From Rhina ancylostomus (taxonomy: Eukaryota): a stretch of DNA of 64,000 bases. The stretch is from contig JARFYF010000094.1 in assembly GCA_030265395.1 (NCBI GenBank), positions 71,901,628-71,965,627 of the forward strand. Reading direction: 5' to 3'. The position numbers were made by a program, and so were the translations under genes. The notes beneath the pieces are model-generated. The model was not told the DNA's origin. It saw nothing but the letters and a program-made list of their open reading frames with translations, and searched no databases. Shown here piece by piece: positions 12,104-25,415 of the stretch (its first letter is position 1; the number at the start of each line of letters is the position of its first letter).

Positions 12104-12204
12104 CTGAAAATGTCTTTCAGGAGCTTTACTTGGTTGTCTGGATATTTTTTTGCATTTGTTTCCTCAAGAAAAGCCCAAGCATAAGCCATAGGTCCTGCAT
12201 TTAC
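12104..12204 (-). CDS. DOCK10: DOCK10 exon (DHR-2 lobe C, VNAG nucleotide-sensor loop)
   Basis: cag|VNAGPMAYAWAFLEETNAKKYPDNQVKLLKDIF+AG|gtaagc, 101 nt. Confidence 0.96.
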
Positions 12205-13195
12205 CTGTGCAAACACATATGACTTAATGAGCACCACAGGAAATCAGTAAAACTGGCAGAAAGACAAAAGGAATTGGTGTGGTGTTATAAGCACATTTTA
12301 TATGTTTAGAGTCATTGTGTACAAGAGATTAACACAGTAAAAACATAGAAAAACTGCATGAATCTTTAATCTCAATCCTTCCAGTAACAATTCACTATCT
12401 TCATGAAATCCCACTTATTTGATTATTCAAGGGGAAAGCAGTTAAAATCTTATCTTTAAGGTAAAGAAATCCCAATGCTTGTCTGTACCAAGGTGTCCTT
12501 TAATCCAACCGGATTAGTTTCCACCCACAAGTTTTGATCACATTATCCAAACAACTGAGGGACATTGTAAATACAATGAGTATTTGATCACCTTTTTCTG
12601 CACTTATCTCATAAATATCCAACACCCAATGTTTAACACAATAATTATGCATATCATTGAATGTTCCATATAGCTAAGATTTTTGAGTTCTAACATGGCA
12701 GCTTCACTTGAAATTTATAACTATGATTCTCATGCACTTAAACTTTGTAGTCATGTTCAAAGAAAGTAACTTGCTTGCAGACAAAAATACTTTTTTTACC
12801 AAGCTGCAACGTAATGGCATCGTTACCAATGTCTCTTGTCCTGTATCGCAGCATTCTGGTCCAAGTTCCTTTATTTGGAACACCAAAAAAGTTAACTTGG
12901 AACAGAAAAATTAACCTCAGACTTTTTGATTACCCAGTCCATGAAATGTTGATGTTGAACTGGAAGCTGGTTTGTATTCATAATATTGGTACGTACCAGC
13001 AACAACAGAAACACAGAGATATGTATAAGTGTTAAAAACTACTTTATTAATAACTACTTATGATAATATGTAAAATAAAAAGTAAAAATGTTACANNNNN
13101 NNNNNNNNNNNNNNNNNNNNNNNNNNNNNNNNNNNNNNNNNNNNNNNNNNNNNNNNNNNNNNNNNNNNNNNNNNNNNNNNNNNNNNNNNNNNNNN

Positions 13196-13242
<47 letters not shown>
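13196..13242. repeat. (CA)n microsatellite next to a gap
   Basis: Directly visible. Confidence 0.98.
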
Positions 13243-13244
<2 letters not shown>

Positions 13245-13759
13245 TCTTAAAGGAACACTCACTAATAGTCCTAGTCCGTAACAATATATTAAAAAAAGTG
13301 ATTGAGGAAACTAATTTTATTGGCGTTACTATAATAGATACCTAATGTGGGATATCAAGTTGTATCTTTATATGTTAGAAGCCAGATTCTATTTAGTTGG
13401 GTTACATTCATTGATTCAATTAAGGCTTTTGCACTTACTTAAAGTAAAATTTAACCTATAATGCCCTCACTTATTTAATTTGTGGAGGGTCTCATCTCCC
13501 TAGAGCACACTTGAGTTTGCTCAGGGTGTTTATTTTGTTAAGCACTCTCCATCTGGCCATCTGCCACAGAAGTACTGCTTCATACATTATGTGTAACAAG
13601 ATTATATGCAATCATTTTCTGCACAATTTTGTCTGAGGATGTATTTATTTATGTCATGAAGTGCCAACTGCTGCAGTGGCATGATTCCATATGCACAGCC
13701 AAGTAATGGAAGGATTGAATGGAAGGTAAAATGATATCAGAGGATGGTTTATTAATATG

Positions 13760-13895
13760 TCAGCCTCTGATCAATGGTACTCTCTGCACTTACTTAAAGG
13801 ACCATGAGATTTAGCTCTACTCCAGAGGCATGCACATATAATCTGCACTGACACTTTAATACAGTACTGAGAGACTGCTGTACATTGTTGGCAAT
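13760..13895 (+). mobile_element. DeuSINE (AmnSINE1/SacSINE1-like) fragment
   Basis: ctccagag..ataatctgcactgacactttaatacagtactgagagactgctgtacattgttgg resembles the family consensus as recalled. Confidence 0.55.
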
Positions 13896-15501
13896 TATTT
13901 GACAGGGGTCCAACTGATTAAAGCTTACAGAGCAGCACAGCCCAGAACACTTTTAAAATTCATGGAAACTGAGCAAGCAACATAAATAAACTACAGGTAC
14001 TGCAAATTAATATAATAGATGTTATAGAAAACTATGATGGAAAATGCAACAAAATATTGTGCACCAACATTACAACTCTGCACAACTTTAAAAGTTCATT
14101 ACACAGTCCTTTGGATCCTCAAAGCATATAAGGATAGAAATTTTGGTCAATTCTCAGTCTAGCCCTTGCTGAAGGTTGGAGGCACGTCATTTAGATAAGA
14201 CATGATAGCATCTCCCTTCAATGCATGTTTATTCACTGTGAAATGGAAGAGAAGCAATGATTTTGGAAGATCATCGATGATCCAGGTCATTCACCATAGT
14301 TACTGGATCATCTATTTTCACTGAGTAGCATCCTGGGATTCCTTTCCTAACATCACAATGGAAGTACCATTGCCATAAGAACTGCTGTGGTTCAGCGAGA
14401 AGAATCAGTTGTGACTGGCTATAAACATATCCTTGTTAGTAAAACCCACGGTGCCCCGATGACCTGTTGGGCACTATATATAATCACTAAGTATTTTCTT
14501 TATTCTCATATGTTATGTAATACTCTCCTATTCAAGATGCTGTGACTACTTAATAGAAAAGGCTATATTCTTGCCATAAAGTAAAAGAATATGGTGATCA
14601 TTGCCTATCCAAAATACCATATATGTTTTTGATGTGTTTTACACAACTGAATTGAAATAAAAAGCAACTTCTTGTCTGAAAAGCATAAATTGTCCACTTC
14701 CATGTGCATATGGGCCTAAGCATTAAAGATGCCCAGCAAGAAGCACATTTTGGCATCCTTGTTTAAATATTGGACTGTGGATATGACACTGCCTGAAGCT
14801 CATCCAAGAAGGCAAGCCCCAGAGGAAGAAACAGCCTCCTCAGATGCTCCTTGAAGAAATAGGCATTACCTCCATCATACTTTGGGAAACTATCACAGAA
14901 GACAACAACAGATATAATTTTCACAGTATTTTCCAGGTGAGGCCTTCTACTTTTCTTGTGTGCGGTGGGTCTTCTGATGCTTTGATTCCCTCCATGGGTG
15001 AACTCCATGGGTGTCCACCTCTGCCACTACCACATCCAAGGGAAGTGGAATGCCCATTCATGTGCCTGGCACGGCAATCCTCACATCAGATCACCCCAAG
15101 CCACTGAACTAATTTGAACAGCTGTTCCAGATGAAATTTGTCTCTTTCAGAGCAACAGGCATGACAGTCCTGAAAGTAGGTTTGGAGTTCATGTATGACT
15201 CCCCAGATTATTGCAGTTAGTGCTCACAATTGCATAGATGATCTACAAATTGCTCTCCTCGTGTCCATTATGCTTGCAAGCCTTGTGCATTTGAAAATCA
15301 TTCCTGAGCCACCATAGATGAAACTGACATGGACTCACTCTTTCCTCTTTTTCAGTGCTTTCCTTTTGTAATGCATAATTTTTAGTCCTTTCTCTTGCAT
15401 TAAAATGGGATAAAACTTCTCAACCTGCAGGTTTTGCAAACTCTAGGTAATATCTCAGCTGAAAAATGAAAGTATACTTCTTTCAATTAAGGTGACATTA
15501 C

Positions 15502-15692
15502 CTTGGCGCTGACACTTCCTTGTAATTTGAGTTGCAGGCGAATCATGTCCACCTCATTCATAGAGCACAAGTGATTGAGTTCTGAAACCTTCCTCGACAT
15601 TTCATCAATTGCCACTTCAATGGGATTCAGCTCTGTACTGTGCTGGTTAATAACTTGTATCCTCTTTTTAACATATGGAAATGTCTGGCTGG
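15502..15692 (-). CDS. DOCK10: DOCK10 exon (DHR-2)
   Basis: cag|(T)SQTFPYVKKRIQV...LNPIEVAIDEM...DMIRLQLKLQGSVSAK|gtaat, 191 nt. Confidence 0.97.
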
Positions 15693-16159
15693 CTGCAGCA
15701 ACAAACCAAAAGCACTTTTGAAATGAAAACATAGTGAAGCTGCATTTCAATTTATTTGCACAAATTACGGAAAGCAAAAGTAGTATTGTTATACGAACAT
15801 TGCTGTGGGGCAAGAACTTTTCAGGTTCAATGAAAATCAAAAACCTATCACTTCTGCCTGACCTCCTGAGTGTTTCCAGCATTTTCTGCCTTTAGATTCA
15901 ATTCCTGACTTATGGAAATCAACTGACATTATTGTGGCAGCAGTGGGGCAACTCAGTTCGTTCTAGTGTTCTAAACTTGAAAGGGAAACCCCAGTCTCAG
16001 CTCCATCTCCATTATTTAGTGAATTCTGCTGGCAGAGAATCTGTCTTAGACATCATACATCCCAATCATGGAAATGAATAAAAGCAGGTCAATTACTTCA
16101 AGTAAGGTGCTTGAGTGGCAAATATAAGTTGATCAAAATCATTGCTAATTATAACCCCA

Positions 16160-16410
16160 TCATAAGATTTAATTGGAACCTGAGGGGCAACCTTCCCACA
16201 CAGAGGGTGGCATGTAAATGGAACGAGCTGCCAGAGGAAGTGATTGAGGCAGATACAATAACATTTAAAATACATTTGGATAGGTACATGAATAGGAAAG
16301 GATTAGAGGGATAGGGGCCAGATGCTGGACTGGCCAAGACAAGCATCTTGGTCAGCATGGATGAGCAGGGCTGAAGGGCCTGTTTTTGTGCTGTATCATA
16401 TTATGACTCT
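16160..16410 (+). mobile_element. CR1 3' fragment
   Basis: TQRVACKWNELPEEVIEADTITFKIHLDRYMNRKGLEG plus gggctgaagggcctgt tail. Confidence 0.85.
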
Positions 16411-17333
16411 AATGATAACTGACGGCAGGCTTTTCATTGAGGTTCCCTGGACAATTTCCAGGTTCTCTTCAACATGGGACTGAGCATGAGAAATCTCAAC
16501 CCTAAAAACATGACACAAAATTAGTGCACCTAATACAAATATTACCGTCTAAAAGTGAATGCATTGAATTCTGTTGTTTCCCTTTATGGTTTTGCATTCA
16601 TTGATGTTAAAATATTGTCTTTACTCAGCATGCAATTTAGTTTTTCTCCCCTTTAACATACTAACCTTCATATGGTGCAAAAGCATCTGCAAAATCTAAA
16701 CATCAGGCAGTCATTTCAACTAATCAAATGTTGTTCAATTTAGATTTAATTAGTTTCCATCACTGTCTTGAAGCAACACCCCATTGTCAGAAATTTCTAT
16801 ATATTTGTGTAATTTTCTATTGCAGTTTTTGCAGAATCTCCAAAGAGATGTCATAAAAACAGTTGAGCAGGCCCGATGTCAGAGCTGGAACTCTTGCAGA
16901 TATATTCCCCTTCACTGTAACTACTGAACATATTCAAACAGACTGAGGTATAACTCCTACAATTAATGAATAATTCATTGATTTGAATTGATCAATTTGA
17001 AAGTTCTACCATAGATTAAAAAAAACAGAAATTGCTGTAAATACTCAGCAGGCCAGGCAGCATCTGTGGGGAAAGAAGAGTTATTGTTGTAGGACTTTGC
17101 TTTTATGTCAGGGAAAGTGAGAGATAAAGTAAATTTTAATTTGAAATCAGTGGATCCACATTTCAGAAGCAGAACATGCAGGCATTTCTGTACAGGTTGT
17201 TGAAGGCAACCAACTGGCAATGATGTTTTAGCATTTTTATTTTAGCTATTTAGTTTATACTGAGAAATATTTCAATGACCAAATCCAATGAACTTTAGGA
17301 GTTTCTTTTCCTACTTTTAAACCCATAGCTCAC

Positions 17334-17544
17334 TTGTTAAGATTGTCCTTCTCTTGCACTGTTCTTCCACTCCCCCGTGCTTTTTTCCAGACAGGGTAAA
17401 AGGGGTCTCAAACACAAAACGTTTGATGTTGTGATGTCTCTCGAAATCTGTCCTTCTTTCAGCGAGTTCTCTCTCATCAAAATATGGTGTGACATAGGTA
17501 ACCTGGATATAGGCAAACTTCGGATCCAACTCTTTGGGATTGAC
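17334..17544 (-). CDS. DOCK10: DOCK10 exon (DHR-2)
   Basis: cag|[22 protein letters not shown]...[28 protein letters not shown]+A|gtgagc, 211 nt. Confidence 0.97.
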
Positions 17545-17786
17545 CTGAATGAAGAGGTAAATAATTATTGCTTGCTATTTCTACTTATGTATAAACAGTT
17601 TTAGAATTAGTGATACTTTGATTTAAAAATCTGCATATCAAAATGTCATAAATTGCTGATGAATAGAATATATAAAACTACATATTTAACATATAATTGT
17701 ATTAAAAAAATTATACACATTTTACATATTTACTTAAAAAGTCAAATGCATTCAAAAATTGGCCAGGTTGTGTTTGCCAGCTTTAC

Positions 17787-17933
17787 CTTATTAGAATCTT
17801 GAATCATTTTCACATTCTCTGACCCATATTTATCAGAATATAGCTTCAACAACCTCTGAGAAATTTCTGAGAGTCCGGTTAGCTTGGGCTCTTTATAAAT
17901 ATATTCTTTGCTGTCATCTTCTTCAAAGAATGC
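17787..17933 (-). CDS. DOCK10: DOCK10 exon (DHR-2)
   Basis: cag|[49 protein letters not shown]|gtaaag, 147 nt. Confidence 0.96.
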
Positions 17934-19408
17934 CTGACCAATAAAACAAATGCCAAAATTAAAATAGGCTTCTACAATGATTTAGTTGGTGGTAACAATG
18001 CTATAAGCAAGCAGAATGTCCCTTCTTCTAGAGGACTGCAATAAAGGTGTCCAGTATTTCTGCATTTTTGGTTTAGGAAGTTGTGTGAAGATTACCCAGG
18101 GTTTTTGCTCCTGGCTTCTACACTGAACTGATTCCTACTAAAGTGAATGGTAGCAGATTCAATTCACCTTGAACAGTGATTATTGCTTGGTATCTTTCAA
18201 ATCAGAATTAGTAACTTAACTGTTTCATTCCCACTCTTCAGAAATGTTAACACTATTGATTTTGGATAGTGGAGGTGATTACCTAACTCAGCTGAACACA
18301 TGCAAGTTAACCAAGGATCTGATACATCAAAGGACTGCAATGGTCATCTAACCACAACTTTGAGGAGCTCCACAGCCTTCAAACAGCCCCTTCGCTCAGA
18401 CCCTATATAGGCAACTGTCCTTTGGATGACTGAGAATATGAGAAGTGCTTCAATAAATCCCAAAGGAAAAGTTCTGTTTTTCACAAGTCCATAAGCTCCC
18501 CCAACACTTCCCATCTCTCGCATTCCTTTGGGCAATTGGCAGCAAGGGTACATGACGAAAAACCAACCAGCCATGAGACAATTGCTTTTTCACCTTTTAT
18601 GATGACTTGCGAGTTAAAAGAACCAGGGTCTAGGCAAGGAGTAATCCTTGCTTCACCCAAAATGTATTCCTATTAACAAACCCACTCCAGACCTTGCACC
18701 CCCTCCATATTCTCCCCCCATAAAACCTTGGTGGGTGGGTGGACAAGATCAAGGACCCACTGGATAATGTTTCAAATGCAAAGCAGGAGTGGAATTAATC
18801 ACAGAAAAGAGAGAACAGTGATGTAAAGTTGACATGAAGACATTCAAGTACGGGAGTGGTTTAATATACTTTCTGACATATGCTGTGAACTTGGAAGTTA
18901 TTTGTATGATGTATTTTCAAGCTTTCAATCAGTAAAACATTAAAACAATTAATATATTAGCTTTTATTACAATGGATAGACACAGAGTTATTTCATCAAA
19001 ATCCAGATAGCTGTGCTGATTCAATCACTTATCCCAAATTTACATCAAGCCCCTCCAGTTTGTCCTTAATGTAGCAAAACACTCCAAAAGGTTTCACAGA
19101 GATGGTCAGAGTTAGGAGAAGGGACTGCTTAAGATTGAAAGGCGAGTTTTAGGGTGAACTTGTACAGCAGTGAGAGAAGTAGCCCGGCAGTGGGACTTAG
19201 GGAGGCTGCTGTGAGAATAAAACAAAGGAGAATCTGTCACTGAAGAGTTGTGTGGAGACCAGCGTCAGAAGACCAAAGAGAGGGGCTTTTCAGCAGAGGG
19301 CTAGAGGAGAAAACAGAAGCAGGGTGAGGTAATAACCAGGATGAAGAATTTGTTGCATTGCAATAGGGAGCTGGTGGAGGCAAGCAAGGACATGTGAAAT
19401 TATGAATA

Positions 19409-19625
19409 AAAACAAAATGCTGGAAGAACTCAACAGGTCAGGCAGCATTTGTGGAGGGAGTAACAGAGTCAATATTTTAGGTCAATGATCCTTCATCAGT
19501 TCTGACAAAGGGTCCTTAACCTGAAACATTAGCTCTGTTTCTTTTCCCACAGATGCGGCCTGACCTGCTGAATAGTCCCAGCATTTTGTGTTTTTATTTT
19601 ACGTTTCCAGCATCTGCATTTTTTT
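19409..19625. repeat. Palindromic (inverted dimer) Penelope-derived element
   Basis: aaaatgctgg..aggtcaggcagcatttgtgg..cttcatcag / ctgacaaag..cacagatgcggcctgacctg..ccagcatttt, centre about 19500. Confidence 0.75.
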
Positions 19626-22600
19626 TGTACTTTCACTGAGAATGAAGAACGATAATGTTGCTGTGAAGAAACTAAGCAGTGGTGTTGACTGATAGGATGT
19701 GATGTTTTGAACTTTTTGCAAGGTCCAATTAACAATTGTTTGAAGTCATTTAATTCACCTTCAACGGACAGCCAGTGAGTTGATTGCAATCAGAATAGGT
19801 AACAATTTTCTGACTTAAGTGTTACTAATGTTCAGCTTGATGTAATTTGACTGAATGGATCAGCATTTCACTTTGTTTTACAAGCTACTATTACCATGCA
19901 TTCAACTATATTAATGTTATGCTGTTACATCAGATTCAAGTTGAAAGCTTAGGTCTGTTCCAGAAGTGAGGTATAGAGCCAACTCCTTTTCTGGAGACCA
20001 CTAAAAGAGATTTAAAATCTCTCAAAACTCTGTGGCCATGAGATGAAGACTAGGAGCTAACTTAAATAAGATGCAAGCTTATTATCCACCAAAAGCCTCA
20101 GCATCCCTGTTTGTGACAGGAAACTAGGAAGACCTGAAGCCACAGGACCACATCACCATATCTATATCATTATTGCGATAGTCTCCAGCTCCCTTGAACA
20201 AGAGTTACAGAAGCTGCTCAGAGTATTGGTCAGTTTCTTATCCAGGATGACTCCGTGATGCAGAGTTGGGCTTAATTCTTCCTGACTGCTCCAAAATAGA
20301 ACGTTTAATTTTGATTTCAGCCATTACATACCTTTATGTCTTCTGAAAATCAACATCATTTAAATAACTTCTCCATAACCACCTAAAATTCCAATCAGTC
20401 ACCAGCAAACCTGTATATAATTAAGGTACTGCACAACAAATTTCAGATGTATCTGCACTCACAGCACCCAAACAATAAAACCACAGCATCCAATTTCACA
20501 CTCTGTTGTCTGAGGCCAAGACCTCCCCAAAACCAACAAACATCCTTTGCTACCAATAGCGACTATGTCTCTGACCATCAAAATTCACTCTTTGGATATC
20601 CCTCCTTAAATCGCTCCTATATGCACTTCTGCTCTAAAATCTTCCTTGAAACAGACTTAATTTCAAAGTCTTTGGCCACTGCTCATCATCTCTATTTTTG
20701 CGGCTTTAACATAGAAAAATGTTGTGAAGCTCTTTTCAATATTTTTCGACATTAAAGCCATTATTCAAATGCAAATTGACCTTGTTAGTTATTAAACACA
20801 AAAGGCATCTCATGAGTACTTTGATTTTTATTTAAAGGACTAAGCCAATGAAATAACAAAAAAGTGACTCTCCTGTACTATTACATGTGGTTCACATTAA
20901 TGGGTCATTTGTGCATTCATCAGTCCTAGTTTTCCCTAGTATTTCATTAATGACTCACTCAAGAAGTTTGACAAATTATATAATCCATTTACAACTCATC
21001 TATTGCAGAAATTAGTAATTGTTCCAGTTCCCATCTGTGTACAAGAGGTGACAGTTCTGTTCACATAGCGGGCACTTTTACCCCAAAACGTATCATTTAT
21101 TTAGAATTCACGTTTTGTTACAAATCCACATGTCTTTACAAACGGAGGCTTAAGTTTATGCTTAACTCACATTAAATTTCTTTTGCACCTTGCTGTTTGC
21201 AGGAAAGTTATGATTTGTTTTCCACTCCCAAAGAATACATTCCAATTAGACTTAATGGCCTGGACATCCTTGCACATTTGGAAACATACACGATTAAGAT
21301 GCTCTTTGGGGAACCAGTACAAGTTTTGGACTGAACCAAGGGGAGGGAAGCAATTTTCTTACACAATATCCAGTGCTTGTGCAAATATCATGAATTCTAA
21401 GCCTTCTCTGCAACTTCATGCAAAAAAACTTGAAAACAAAAATGCTTGAACAAAGAACTAGTTGCAAGGCAGGTTTAAATTTTAAAGCACGATCTCCCAA
21501 GGCAAGGTCTCTTCAGTTAAAGGTTCTCAAGTAGGAGTGCTTTGGCAGCTTTACTTCCAAAGAACAGAAGGCAGAAGATACCATCCACCTCTGACAGCTG
21601 ACAGACACCTGGACCAAAATCAGTGTAATCATTGCCCCCTCCTCCTTGAAAGGACTGGTGAGGATTCCAGGCTTTGTTTCACTTGCTTCCCTGAAATAAT
21701 CACAGGCCCTTTAGCCCCTGGTTAGGCTTTTCCCAACTCAGGCTGTTTCTTCATCACGTATCACTTTACAGTGTTCAGGCAACAACATCAATGGATGTCT
21801 GTCACACACTGATATCACTGCTGCTGGCAGGTAGTCACATGGGGGATCAGAGCAGTTTCCACGGCTGCCTTTCCCCACCAGTCGAGGTTGCTGAGACTAA
21901 TTGTAAACATTACTATGACAGGATTTACAAAATGGAGTAGAAAGGAGGACTTATGAAATGCAAGTCATAGAGAAGATCATCAGTATAGTTTCTTCAAAAG
22001 AAGTTTGCACAAAATGGTCTTAAGTGTCTGTTAATTGAGATATTTAAGTTATTTTTAATTCTGACAAGTGAAATGCTATCTCACTGAAGTTGAGTTTTGG
22101 TCAGACATTAGCCATATAAAACCAGTGAAAAGTAATTCATTTTTTAAAAAATGCATATGCTATGGTAGTGTAACATTAGAATAGCGTTTCATATGGAACA
22201 TTGACTCCAGATACACATAGAGTAATACTATAATTATTGATAAATACCGCCACCGTGTGGTTTATTTTGGACATTACATAAAAGAGCCTTTTTAGAAAAA
22301 ATGAATAGTCATAAAACCATACGGTTTGGAAACAGGCCCTTCGGCCCATTCTGGCCATCAAGTATCTATCTATATTAATCCTATTTCCCAGCACTCAACC
22401 CATAGCCTTCCATGTCATGCCATTCAAGTGCTCATCTGCTTGCTATTAGCAAAACTGAAACAAAATGGACCAATGTGGAAGGTGTGAGCTGGCAATTCAG
22501 CAACAACAGTCCAACAATGGCTGGTGTACACCAGCAATTCCCATTCACTTACACTGAGGGAAACATTCTATCAGCCTGTGGCAGGTTCACACTGCTGCCA

Positions 22601-23009
22601 AGGGATATCCTCTGTTGATGCTAATGGTGGAGAATGGCTAAGAGGGGTGAGGTATTAGGGTTCTTAGATTTTTTTAATAATGTGAACTTATTTTAAAAAA
22701 TCATACATTTCAAATATTTAAATGTTTCAGAAAAGTTAGTGGGGTAATATGTTATTTCGAAAATTATGGTTATGCATGAAGTTAGGTTTTCCAAGTGAAG
22801 ATGAAATATGATAAGTAAATAACATCAGAATATTTCTACTATTCACAAAGACAAGAGGACACGTAGAGACTTAAAAGAAGACCACAAAATAGTTTTACGT
22901 GTAGACTTGGTTATCATATTAATTGTCTGCCTCAAACTACCATTGATCATTTAAAGTGAAAATTTACTAAGGTTTTAAAAGGTAGAAATGCTAAAAGTTT
23001 CTGGTTTAC

Positions 23010-23033
23010 CTTCTGTGAAACAGACCAACCCTG
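23010..23033 (-). CDS. Candidate 21/24-nt microexon ((Q)GWSVSQK) with NAGNAG acceptor
   Basis: ttctccctcttctaatcccacttcatccaaacag/cag|GGTTGGTCTGTTTCACAGAAG|gtaaac; frame-preserving, no stop. Confidence 0.4.
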
Positions 23034-24340
23034 CTGTTTGGATGAAGTGGGATTAGAAGAGGGAGAATATTTGGATAAGTGCACACATACATAATTGAGT
23101 CACCAAAAATATCATGGATTCGACCCTTACATTCACACCATGTTTTGTTCTTTGTTATTTGTAATGAAATGGTGAGAAACTTGTGAAGCAGATGATTGAT
23201 TGGGATGTAAGGGTTGCTCCACAACACTCAATGTAATGCTTGAGGTGAAAATTTAGCTGGTGGAAGCAGCAAGCCATCTTTATCATTGTGGACATAGGAA
23301 CTTTAATGGGAAAATATGGGCAAAACATGACAGCAGAATGAAAGGTTTTATTGATTGGAAGTGCACACAGATGGAAATTTCTAATATATTATTAAAAACA
23401 TATTGGGTGCCTCACTTGGAGAAAAGCACTGCTGAGGTTTTGAAGGGGCACACTGGAAATTTTGATGCTTAGAAGGCAAGGATTATATGGTTATGTATTT
23501 GTGAATCATTTTAAATTTGTTTCCAAATTTACCCAAGTTGCTAAGAGAAGGGAGACATTAAACTGCAACCTTATCATGGAAATAGCAATATGTACCATCA
23601 AAAATTCATAGGTAAAATTATTCAAAAGTAAAAATTAAGATGGAAAACTCTGCTCTTCAAGCATCATTCAACCCATAATTCTTGCAAGTGACCAGAATTT
23701 AATTATTATTTGATGGGACAATGACAGTGAAGAAATATTAGCACAATATTAGTTTTCACTTGTGTGAGAACAAGACACAAGGCTAGGTAAAATATAAGGA
23801 TAACCACCCAGAGCTTTTTAATATGATCTTAGTCTGGTTTAAAAAAACTTTTCTCTGAAGTCTGCATTATGTAATCTAAATGGTCACTGATAATCATTGT
23901 GATGAATGGCACACAGTGTATGTACAAATGAATATTTAGGCTATGCATAGCATGTGCTTTGAGAAGTTGCAAGCTGTCTCACTTATCTTGATCGTAATTG
24001 GGGCTGTGGTATAAACTATGTGTGTGTTCAATAGTAGCATCATGCTATGGATGAACTGGACCACTCTTGGCCTCAATTAGCTATGCTTTGTTTAAACACT
24101 GACTAAACTATATAATAGTTATTAGAAACAGTCAGCACCTTTTCTATTAGAATCTTTTCAAAAAAGAAATACAATGTTGAAATCTAATATGTATAATATT
24201 TTCATATCTCAAAGTGATTATGATCAATAATATTCATTAACATAAATTATTAGCCAATGCTATGTTATTTACAGATGATGTTAAGGGGAAGCTGGATGTC
24301 AAAGAGTTTTGAAAAGAAAGCAACAGAGAGAAAAACTTAC

Positions 24341-24346
24341 CACAGC
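24341..24346 (-). CDS. DOCK10: Candidate 6-nt microexon (Ala-Val) of DOCK10
   Basis: Long pyrimidine tract ...ttccccaattcctcaag|GCTGTG|gtaagt; phase 0-0, fits between FYGQ and AFFEE. Confidence 0.75.
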
Positions 24347-25301
24347 CTTGAGGAATTGGGGAAAAAAGGGGAAAAAACTGTATTAAACAAAATATATACA
24401 TTGCTGCATAGGTGAATCAAACAAGTATGCAGTTGTCTGTTGGATTTACTAGTGAGAGCAAGAATTGATATTTCTATGATTTGACAGTATTTTCAATAGT
24501 AATATTTTACAAAGTCAAAAAAGCTAAATGTGATTGGCAAGTTAGACAAAGAGAGGCTTGGAAACTAAATTGGAGAGAGTTTCAACTAGTTAACTATTTA
24601 TTGTAATCTATATAGGTATTCAGTTAGAGAAGGTTGAGTAAAGTCAAATTAACATTAACATTTCCCACAGGAGACATGACTATTATTTTTCACATATGCC
24701 TCTTTTTGGTGCTATTACACATGATCTTTACCAGACTCAGTTTTCCTTCCTTATACCAAAATAGTAATGCAGGCAGATATTTAAGAAATTCCTACTTAGT
24801 TCTTAAAATTAAACTCTATAAATGGCAAGGCGAATATCCAAAATGCTTGTGGAAAGCAACAATAGGCTCCACAGGATCATATAGAATCTGATGTGAGATG
24901 CTTGACATGATTTAGTATTTCTATATTGTATATGGAAAATGCAACTAACTGAAGTTTGTCATAGATCACAGAAGCTGTGATATCACAGGTCAGTTATAGT
25001 TAGCAGTGGAAAAATGTCCCATTTAAAGAGAATGTAAAATTATGAAGATAAAAAAAAATCCATTTTTGGAAACAATGTAGCATTAAGTAGTACAATATCT
25101 AAATGTTAAGGTATGTATAAAGTGGAATCAAAACATTTATAAAAGTATTCGTGCAGATTGTACACAACAGAATGAAGGTAAGATTAACTTATTGACATGC
25201 TTAAATTGCATTTGAGGTGTGGCCTGCTTTTGAACCAACTGAATGCAAGTGATGTCCTGAACCAGGAGCTGGTCTGTGTCACATGACCATGTATCACTTA
25301 C

Positions 25302-25415
25302 CTGTCCATAAAAGGCAACACGATAGTATCTTCCAAACAATCGTTTTTCTGAATGTACAACCTCTGTGATCTTAAGATAAGATCGATGAATGTTGTAGTA
25401 TAATTCTGCCAATCT
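25302..25415 (-). CDS. DOCK10: DOCK10 exon (DHR-2)
   Basis: cag|RLAELYYNIHRSYLKITEVVHSEKRLFGRYYRVAFYGQ|gtaagt, 114 nt. Confidence 0.96.
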
